IMG/VR virus record: IMGVR_UViG_3300033067_000809
Span: 1 to 57,539 of that record
From: a virus
Taxonomy: Duplodnaviria; Caudoviricetes
Length of the DNA stretch: 57,539 nt
Direction: 5' to 3' (one strand)
Shown here: piece by piece, positions 26,198-35,400 of the stretch
Numbering within the stretch: position 1 is the first letter of the stretch
Layout: the number at the start of each line of letters is the position of its first letter
Translations under genes and position numbers: made by a program
Notes under the pieces: generated by a model
Told to the model about the DNA's origin: nothing
What the model saw: the letters and a program-made list of their open reading frames with translations, nothing else
Databases searched by the model: none

Positions 26198-29173
26198 GTG
26201 GACACGCTAGAGTTCCTGCAGACAATCCTTCCTCAGACCGGCGTCCACTATCTGGCCGTCTTCAACGAGGGGTATAGCACCCCACTACACCTGGCGTTCG
26301 ACTCGCTTGAGGCCATGGCATCGGAGATTGATCGCATCGCGGTCAACCCCAGCAAAACCCTGTACCACGCCTGCGCTTCGTACCAGCAGAGCTCGGTCAT
26401 GGTGGAGCGTAACGGCAAGGAGTCCAAGAAGTACCGCGTCAAGGAGAACTGGGCGCGCGCTCAATCCCTGTGGGTGGATGTCGACTGCGGGAAAGCCAAG
26501 TTTGAAAAGGGTGAAGGCTATCTGACCAAGACAGACGCGACGAAGGCGGTCCTGCAGTTCAGCAAAAAGCTCGGCTGGCCGGCCCCGATGGTTGTCGACA
26601 GCGGCGGTGGGATACACACCTACTGGCCCATGACCAAGTCTATTTCAGCCGTCGCCTGGGTCAAGCTTGCGTCCGCACTGAAGGTAGCGCTGGCTCATGC
26701 AGGCGTGATTGCCGACCCGTCGCGCACCGCAGACTTTGCGTCCGTTCTGCGCCCGGTGGGCAGTATCAACAGGAAGGGCGGCGGCGCGCGCGCTGTGGTC
26801 GCCAAGAACCGCGCTACTGCGTCGGACCCACAAGCGCTGGCGACATCCCTGCTGGCGTACATCAAGACCCACAAAATCAAGGTGTCTGCGGAGAGCAAGC
26901 GCGAAACTCCTGCCGCCAACGACATCAACTCCGATCTGACAGGGCATACCCAGTTCCCCCAGGTCGACAGCTTCGGCAATGAGGCTGCGGACAAGTGCTT
27001 CCAGATGTCGTCAATGCGCGATACCTGCGGCGACGTGGGATATGAGCACTGGCGCGGCGTCATAGGCGTGCTGAAGTCCTGCGTGGATGGGGAATCCCTG
27101 GCGGAGGAGTGGAGCTCTCTGCGGGGCAACACAGGACACGCCCAGACCGACTGGCGCATGCGGTATGACACCTGGGCCTACGGGCCCACCAAGTGCGATT
27201 TTTTCGAGAAGTGCAACCCGAGCGGATGCGCTGGGTGCCCCGTCAAGGGGCGCGTGTCATCCCCCATCATGCTCGGGCGCGTCATCCCGATCAACGAGGA
27301 GACCGTCGAGACCGTGGTGACGGAAGACGACCAGGAGGTCGAAGTCGAGATCCCAGCCCCCGTTCGCGGCTACAGCTGGGAGGACGGATATCTTTGTCGG
27401 TGGGTCACCAACAAGGACGGGGTGTCCTCCCCCGAGCCGTTTTGCCACACTCGGTTCTACCCGACCACCCGCATCCGCACAGAGGATGGCACGTTCCGCA
27501 TTGGCATCCGCATGCACATGCCGGACCACAAGGTCCGTGACTTTGAGATGCCTTACGAGTGCATGGCGTCGCAGACCGACATGCTGCGCGCGCTGGCCAA
27601 GTACGAGCTGATGCATTCCAACCACAAGAACGCAGGAGTCCACATGGCCGCCTACCTTCGCGACCAACTTGAAGACCTGAAACGCAAGGTCGAAGAAGTC
27701 AACACGCTGACCAGCTTTGGCTGGAAAGACAACGGTTCCGCATTCCTCATCGGCGACCGCCTGTACCACAAGGATGGGTCCGTGCGAAAAGTGCTGGTTG
27801 GCGGCAACGCAGGCCGGTTCACCAGCTCCATGGCCGCGCCACGCGGCTCGATCGCAGGCTATGCCAGCGGCCTGAATTTCATGTACAACCGCGCCGGCAT
27901 GGAGCACTGGCAGTACGCCGTCTGCTCAGGCTGGGGTTCGGTGCTCACGCCGTTCTGCGAGGAGCTGTTCAAGGGCCTGCTGGTGGCGCTGTCTGGAGGC
28001 GACTCTGGCAAGGGCAAGACCACGGCCTGCTACGCCTCGCTGTACGCCTTCGGCGACGCCGAGAAGATGACCTTGAAGTCCAAGGAGGGTTTCACCACCA
28101 ATGCACTGTGGGCCTTCCTGGGTGCCTACAACAACGTGCCGGTGCTCTTGGATGAGCTGACCAACATGGACGGCGCCATGTTCAGCGACGTAGCCTACGG
28201 CGTTTCTCGTGGTGAAGAGAAGGTCCGCCTGCAGTCGAAGGGTGGCAGCGTTGGGTTTGCCAACACCATCCAGTGGCGCATGTCCCCGTTCGTCACCGGC
28301 AACAAGGACTTCCACGGCCTGCTGGCTACGACCCAGGCCAACTCGCAGGCGGAGGCCGTGCGGCTGATCCAGATCAACGTCGACCGGTACCCAGTGGTGC
28401 GACTGCACGCTGACGCGCAGGTCGAAGCGGAGATGGTCCACCAGGCGGTTGACGCCATGAAGGCCAACAGCGGCGCCGCAGGCGATGCCATGATGCGCTA
28501 CGTGGTAACCCACCAGCGTGAGCTGACTGACATGATCCGCGAGACCATGGGGGCTTTGACCCACTACCTGCCGGGCACCAAGTACCGCTTCTACCGCAAC
28601 CACGGCGCCTGCACGATCGTCATGGCCAAGGTGGCCAAGGACCTCGGCATCATTGACTTCGACCTGCAGCGCCTGTTCGAGTTCACGGTTACCCTGCTCA
28701 CGCAGCTGGCCGAGAGCGTCAACGAGACCAACACCGTTTCGATGGAGGACGCGTTCAGCCGCATGATGGCCACGCTGGCGAGTCGCGTGGTGGTGACCTC
28801 CGAGTTCCGCGACAAGCGCCACAAGAGCGGTCCAGAGACGCCGCGCAACCGGGTTATAGGCGAGATCGCCGGGCGGTATGTGCTGGGCACCCCGAACAAC
28901 CGGGAGCACGCCGGCTACATCATGCTCAACCAGAAAGACGTTCGCGACTGGTGCATGCAGAACCGGACCGACTTCAACTCCATGCTCGACCAGCTCGAGC
29001 GCGATGGGGCGCTGGTGAAACGGACGGACAAGATCACGCTGACCCGCGGGACTGACATCCCGACGGTTCAGGCCCGATGCATTGTGGTCAACGCTTTGAA
29101 GCTGGACAGGGACGCCGTCACTCTGGTTCAGCCGAGCTCTTCAACTGATGGCGCACAGGTAGGTGCTGTATGA
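26198..29173 (+). CDS. Primase-helicase (AEP-like N-terminus, DUF927-like region, P-loop ATPase)
   Basis: VDVD and SGGGIHTYW primase motifs; GWKD...FLIG; GDSGKGKT Walker A; LLDE Walker B. Confidence 0.88.
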   Translation: MDTLEFLQTILPQTGVHYLAVFNEGYSTPLHLAFDSLEAMASEIDRIAVNPSKTLYHACASYQQSSVMVERNGKESKKYRVKENWARAQSLWVDVDCGKAKFEKGEGYLTKTDATKAVLQFSKKLGWPAPMVVDSGGGIHTYWPMTKSISAVAWVKLASALKVALAHAGVIADPSRTADFASVLRPVGSINRKGGGARAVVAKNRATASDPQALATSLLAYIKTHKIKVSAESKRETPAANDINSDLTGHTQFPQVDSFGNEAADKCFQMSSMRDTCGDVGYEHWRGVIGVLKSCVDGESLAEEWSSLRGNTGHAQTDWRMRYDTWAYGPTKCDFFEKCNPSGCAGCPVKGRVSSPIMLGRVIPINEETVETVVTEDDQEVEVEIPAPVRGYSWEDGYLCRWVTNKDGVSSPEPFCHTRFYPTTRIRTEDGTFRIGIRMHMPDHKVRDFEMPYECMASQTDMLRALAKYELMHSNHKNAGVHMAAYLRDQLEDLKRKVEEVNTLTSFGWKDNGSAFLIGDRLYHKDGSVRKVLVGGNAGRFTSSMAAPRGSIAGYASGLNFMYNRAGMEHWQYAVCSGWGSVLTPFCEELFKGLLVALSGGDSGKGKTTACYASLYAFGDAEKMTLKSKEGFTTNALWAFLGAYNNVPVLLDELTNMDGAMFSDVAYGVSRGEEKVRLQSKGGSVGFANTIQWRMSPFVTGNKDFHGLLATTQANSQAEAVRLIQINVDRYPVVRLHADAQVEAEMVHQAVDAMKANSGAAGDAMMRYVVTHQRELTDMIRETMGALTHYLPGTKYRFYRNHGACTIVMAKVAKDLGIIDFDLQRLFEFTVTLLTQLAESVNETNTVSMEDAFSRMMATLASRVVVTSEFRDKRHKSGPETPRNRVIGEIAGRYVLGTPNNREHAGYIMLNQKDVRDWCMQNRTDFNSMLDQLERDGALVKRTDKITLTRGTDIPTVQARCIVVNALKLDRDAVTLVQPSSSTDGAQVGAV

Positions 29174-29212
29174 TGCTTTTGCTGACTGTCTTGTTGGCTC
29201 CTTTGCGGGTTA

Positions 29213-29242
29213 CCCCCGGACGTGTGCCCGGGGGGCTTTTTT
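29213..29242 (+). terminator. Putative terminator
   Basis: CCCCCGG...CCGGGGG followed by a T-run. Confidence 0.55.
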
Positions 29243-29252
29243 GGAGCTCACT

Positions 29253-29444
29253 ATGAAGACCCTCCTTAACACCAAAGAGCTGGCCAAGCTGCTCGGCCTG
29301 ACCGTCGGCTCGGTCCACCAGTATGCGTCCCGGGCGCCCGAGCGGCTGCCACCCAGAATGCGCCTGCCGGGCCGGCGCCTGCAGTGGGACCAAGACGTCG
29401 TAATAGCCTGGCTAGAAGACCACGCAGCACTCACCACAAAATAA
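29253..29444 (+). CDS. AlpA/excisionase-like HTH protein
   Basis: LLNTKELAKLLGL..GSV...LPP.....R.L.W...V..WL; GGAG SD. Confidence 0.82.
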   Translation: MKTLLNTKELAKLLGLTVGSVHQYASRAPERLPPRMRLPGRRLQWDQDVVIAWLEDHAALTTK

Positions 29445-29467
29445 AAAAGCCCCCGCGGGGGCTTTTT
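29443..29467. terminator. Bidirectional terminator between the two genome arms
   Basis: AAAAAAGCCCC-loop-GGGGCTTTTT. Confidence 0.9.
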
Positions 29468-29470
29468 GCA

Positions 29471-32400
29471 TCACTCGCCGGCCGCCTGCATGGCTGCAGC
29501 TTTTTCGTTGGGCCGGTACTGGACACCACCGATCGTCTGCTTCTCCCGCCTGGCCTGCTCTTGCGGCGCCTTGAGCAGGTTCGACACTGGCTGCGGCTGG
29601 AACCCTTCCGCCTGGCGGGCTCGCTGCAGCTTGCTCCAGGATTCGCGGGCGTCTTGCATGGCGCCAGTGTCGCGATCGCGCGCGGCGCGGGCGTAGGCGT
29701 TCTTGATCTTGCTGGCCCGCTCGGTGAACCGGTCTTTGGTGTCCTGGAACCGTTGGCGTTTCTCGTAGGTCTCGGACATGCCGGGCGTTGTGAAGCTCAG
29801 GGCCTTCCAGAACGTCTCCAGCTCGCTGACGTCTTTGGGCGGCAGGATCACGTCGCCGTTGCGCCGGGTCATGCCCTCGTCCGCTATGCGGTAGGCCTGC
29901 ATGGCAGATGACAACCCCTTGGGCATCAGCATCTCCAGGCCCTTGTACCAGTCGCCGTTCTTCATCAGCCCCAAGCCATCCAGACCTCGCACCACCATGC
30001 CGCCGCCAGCACCGCCCACGAGCTGACCGAAAGCCTCGAACTGGCCCGAGGGCGTTGACAGGTCCGCATTGCTGAACGGCATGACCGAGAGTGCGTTGCC
30101 CGCGCCGACGCTGCCGGAGAGGTCCAGGCCGCCGAGCGTCGGCGCGCCGCGCATGACCAGGCGAGCCCAGTCCTTGTCACCGATAGCACCCTCGATTTCC
30201 GCAGCCAGGTCGTACTCTTTGTCCTCATCGCCCAGCAGGGCCGCAGCCAAGAACTGCGCTGCGGCGAAGCCGGGGAGGCCGCGCAGGCCGGCGAAAGCCG
30301 CCGTGTGGAGCAGCGAGTAGGCCAGGGCCTTGGTCGCTGCGCGTTGCTCCTGCGTGGTGAATCCGGCGCTGCGCAGCATCTTGGCGTAGTACGACAGCTG
30401 GATGAGCTGGAACTTGCGGAACTGCAGCGCCACCTTGCCGACGCTCGTGTTGAACATGCGCGGGGCGTTGAACCGGCCATAGTCGCCGTGAGTCTCCGTA
30501 AGTATCCGGTCAGCGTAGTCAGTGGCCGCAGCGGTGTCGCCGCCGTTGCGCGCCAGCTCCAGCCGGTAGGCAGCCAGCGCCGTGGACATCCGGTTGAGGA
30601 TCTCACCCTTTTGCACCAGCATGCGCAGGCCCTTGTTGACCTTGTTCAGCCGGTCCTTGACCGGGCCGGCGCCTTCGACGCGGAACTCGCCCAGCTCGGT
30701 CTCCATGCCGACGTCGATGCGCCCGCGGTTTGCCAGCTCCTGGATGGCGTTCTTCTCGCCGGCCGTGTTGCCCACCAGGCTGTAATCGAACTGCCGGCCA
30801 GAAAGCAGTTTGGTCGACATGATCATGGCCTTGAGGTCTTTGTATGCCTCGAACTGAGCGCTCGACGCAGCTGCATACCCATGCTTGCCTGCCATCACCG
30901 GTACCGACATCATCCACGGCTGCGTCAAGTTGGCCAGGTAGTAGGCCGGGCTAGTCATCAGGTAGTAGACCGAAGACAGGTGCAGCAGCTTGCGCAGCGC
31001 GGGGGTGCTGGAGTCCTCCATCGACTGGGCGTAGCGCGCGGTCAGTTCGTTGAAGAGTTCCGCTTTGCGCGCGCGGTTGCCGCCCCGGTCGCGCTCCTTG
31101 CGCATAGCCTGGATGCTGTCTTGGATTTTGCGGTTGTACTCCACAGACGCCAGGAAGTTAGCATCGGCCCGCCCCTGGGTGGTGAACGACCGCAGCATGT
31201 CGACTTCACCGGCAACCCCCCGGCGCTTCATCTCCGTTTTGCGGGCGCTGTTCTCGGCCAGGGCCTCGAGGTAGAGATCGGTCACCATGCGGCGCAGCTT
31301 TGCAGCCCCCGCTTCGCCGGCGGCCTGCTTGGCTTCTACTTGCGATTGCAGCTTAGTCAGCGCGCGCAGCACCGAGTCCCCGCCGAACAGCGCGTCCATG
31401 TTGGCCTCCCGCTCGAAGAAGTCCACCGCGTCGCCATCCCGACCAAAGTGCCCCTGGGCCTGCAGCTGGCGCGCCAGCTCTCGAGCCTCTGCACGCCCCT
31501 CCGTAAAGCTGACGTGGTAGTGGTCGGCCTGCTTCTGCATCGTCTGGATCTGCTTTTGGTCCCCGGCGGCCTCCGCAGCTCTGTAGGCCTGCGACTTCGC
31601 GACCACCGCATAGGTGCCCATGCGCTTGATGGGCGCATACGGGCGACCTTCCTGCGTGGCAAACAGGTCCTTGAACCGGGTGATGACCGCCTGCTTCTCG
31701 CCTTTCAGCTTGGCTTCAAGCGCTGCGTTACCGTCAGCGGCGGCCGCAGCGATCAAGGCGTCGTACTCCGTGTTGGTGTGGTCCATGACCGTTTTCTTTT
31801 TCAGGGCGAGCATCTTGTCACCGTGGTCAAACACCGCTTTGACGAAGACCTGCGCTTCGTCACTCAAGGCATCGAAGCGGTCCTGCATGTCGCGGTCGGC
31901 GTATTTGCCGTACCCCCACTTGCCCTCACGGGTGGAGTCGAAAATGAACTGGTTGGCGGTGTCAGCCTGGCCCTTCTCCGGCACCAGCCCGCGGTCTTTT
32001 TCGGGCACCAGCGCATACAGGTCGGCGATCTTCTCGACCTCACGTTCCAGCTCGCGCGCTTTGGTGTCGCGCCGGGCCAGGTTGTCGCCGAAGTTCTTGG
32101 CGGCTTGGATGCCGGCCTGGCTGGCGAACCCAATCAGGTCGCTGGTGAACACCACACGGTCCAGCGCCTTGTTACCCCAGCTGCCCATGGTGTCGAGCGA
32201 ATCGCGCACCGCAGGCTGCACCTGGGCGGGGAGCTGGTTGATAGCCCGCTGGACTTGGCCGGCCGTGGCTTTCTTGGGCACCGACATCTTCACGGTGTTA
32301 TCGGGCGCCGACGCAGCGCGGACGTCGCGCGACACAATCTCTGCCGCACCGTAGGCCAAATCCACCACGTCCTGAGCGGTCATAGTGTCCAGCTCACCGA

Positions 32401-35400
32401 GGCCGATCTTGGCGATGGCCTGCTTGAGCAGGCGCACCACAGTGCTGAACCAGCGAGCCAGATCACCCTTCATGCCCATCGCAGTCGGGTCGATACCGTT
32501 CTCCACAGCAGCGCTGACAAAATAAGCCACAGTCTCCGAATTGACCTGGGCATTAGGCGTGCCTGCCGATACCACGCGGGTCAGGGCTTCCTGTGCCAAC
32601 GTGGACTCGAGCGAGCCGTCATTAAGGTCGGCCCAATTGCGAACCTGCGCGGCCAGCGAAGCAAACTCACCCGCATCCAGCAGTTCTTCGATTCCGAGGT
32701 GAACGCCGATTTCATGCAGCAGAACCGATCGGGCGTTGCCCGGGGCAATGTTGCCAGCCACCAGGTAGGCCTTGCCACGCCACACGAATCCGTTGGGCTG
32801 TTCACCTTTGAGCGCACGGCGCGCGCCGGGCGGCAGTTGCTCCACCGACTGCACGATCGACACCAGGTCGGGAGTCAGCGACAACCCCAGCTTGGCGATC
32901 TCGGTTTTCACACGCGCTACGTTAGATCCACCGCGCTCAACGGTGCTCACCATCTGCTGCGTGCGCTCGTCTTGGGCTGCGGCAGACTTGTCGTCGATGA
33001 TGGTGGCGCCCTCAGCGATCTTGTCCAAGAACTGCTTCATCGTCTCGTTGGGCAGGTACTTGGAGCCCTTGAGCGAGTAGTAGAACTTGCGCATCGCCGC
33101 GCCCAGCCGGGAGAAGAACTGCTCGACCACACCCACTGGCTTGTCCGAAGAGACCGCCCAGCGCGAGACCTGGTCGGCGTACCATTCGCTGAAGCTCTTC
33201 CAGTATGGAGTCAGTTCGTTGGCCTGCATGCCGGCCGGGATCGAGGTGGCGCGGCCAGTCGCACGCGCGCGCAGCTCGGCAACGAACTCGCGGGCTGTCC
33301 TCTTGGCGTTGGCGGCCACGAACTTGTCATGCTCGGCGCGGATAGCCTTCTGCGTGTCCTTGTCGGCGTTGTTGAACGCCTCGCGCTCGTGGATGTGGCC
33401 GAGCTCATGCGCCAAAGTCTCCAACATTTTGAGGGTGCTGCTGCCCTTGGTAAACGCAATGTAGTAGTCGGCGCCCACCTTGCGCGCAGATCCAGCCTCA
33501 TTGGCGTTCAGAGCCGCGGAGCCAATGGCGCGATGTGAGCCTGTGAACTCACCCTTGTCAGCGCGCGCATCCTCGATAGTGGTGACATACACGTTGGTCT
33601 TGACGCCGAGCTGGTTCTTCCAGCCCCGCAGGACACCAGTGACGCGCGGGTCGACTCCGGCTGAGAATGACAGGCCGTCAGCATCAAATCTGATGAATGG
33701 GTCGGTGGCGTGCTTCTCAGCAGCGGCAGCCTCCAGCTCCTTGACTTTGGCCACCAGCATGGCTTTCTGTTCGGGGGTGAACAGGCTGCCGGTGTAGCGG
33801 TCGACACCAACAGACGTGCGGGAGTCCCCCATGGCGCCAGAGTAAACCGGCTGCCCGTTGAGGGCTGAGTACCCCAGGATCAGCGCCATGTCACCTTCTT
33901 GCCACGCCACCATGCCGCCTAAGTTCTCGGCGTGCAACTCAGCTTTCGCACGCTGCGCTGCAGTGGTGGCCTCTTTACGCACCTCAGCGGCCGGCTGCAT
34001 ACGCTGCATCTCGCGGCGCACGTCGGCGGGAGTCCAGTTGTCCTCACCAAACTCGACAAAGTCCGTCTGCTGCGCGCGGGTCAGCTCGGCAAACTTGGGC
34101 GCTCCAGGAATGCCAGTGGCGACAGCGTCCCAGGCCTCGGCGGCCAGCTCGCGCTGAGTCTTGATGACCGCCGGAGCGCTTACTTTTTCGGCTTGGGGGC
34201 GGCTTTCGGTTTTGCCGCCTTTTCCGGCAGGCTTTTCGGCGCTGGGTACTTCTTGTCCCACTTCGCCGCCAGCTCCGGCTTCTGGCTGTGCAGGAACTTT
34301 TGCTGCGCTTTCGACTTGTACGGCATTGTCAACTCCTCGGGCTTTCAGTAGGTCGGTGATTTCACCAGCGAGCTTGGTGTTCTTGATGGTGTCGCGAACG
34401 TAGGGCAGCAAAGTCTGCAGGTCTTCGGTCGACAGCGGCTCGAGCTTGCGGTTCGCAGCTTTCCATCGGGCCTGGGCAGCCTGCTGCTCGGGCGTGGCCT
34501 TGGACTCAGCAACCACGGGTGTGCGGACGGCCTTCGGTGGTTTGGCGCCGACTTCCTCTTTGCGTTTCTTGGCCTCGGTCCACGCCTCTCGCAGAATCCT
34601 ATTCTGCTCTTGGATGGCGGACGCTTCCGCTTCCGTCACAGCCGCCGCCATGCCTTCCTTAGCTTTCGCAGCCGCGTCTCGGGTAGCTCGAGCGGCACTG
34701 CGGAACTCCGGCCCCATACTGCGAAGCTGGGCGGTAGCAGTGCGCAGCTCTTGGATTTGACGCTCCAGTGTTGCCAGCTTGCCGATCGCACGATCAACTA
34801 CAGTGCCGGACGCTTCTTGTGACCACCAGCGGTCGGTGCCGTCACTCACGCTCATACCAGAGCCTTCGTCCGCATCAAATTCAATGCCGATTTTGGACAT
34901 CTCCTTGGATGCGCCAGCCGCGTCGGTGCGAGCGTCTGCATCTTCCAGCTGCTCTATCTGGCCCTTGAGGTCAGCCAGCTGCTGTACTTGCTCTGGGGTT
35001 GGCTGCTCTACATTCTGCAAGTCCTTGTATGCCTTTTGGGCTTTGCTCAGCGCAGTTGCATCCCCACGAGATTTGGCTCGGATGCCCAGTAGAGACAACA
35101 CTTGAGATTCCGTGTAGCCCAGTCGAATACCGGCCTTCACCATCTTCGGCTCGTCAATGCGCGACTTCGCCGTGTGGTAGTTGATGCCCATGGCTTTGGC
35201 CACGGCTTCCAACACGATAGTTTTGGACCCCTCTGGTGCGATCTGGCGGGCTTTCAGGAGCTTCTTGGTCTGCGCAATGAACTCGTCTTGATTGCCTGCC
35301 CCCCTAGACGTGCGGAACATCTCGCGGAAGATCGCGTCAGCCGCGGCTTCGTCCATGGGCATCTCTCGCGCGTCAGCAAGCGCCACGCCAACGTCGGCGT

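Noticed and set aside
30305-33538. 1077-aa + strand ORF and other long antisense ORFs (18917..20152, 20842..22482, 47862..49079, 49006..50205)
   Set aside because: Shadow frames of genuine high-GC genes, with no SD or motifs
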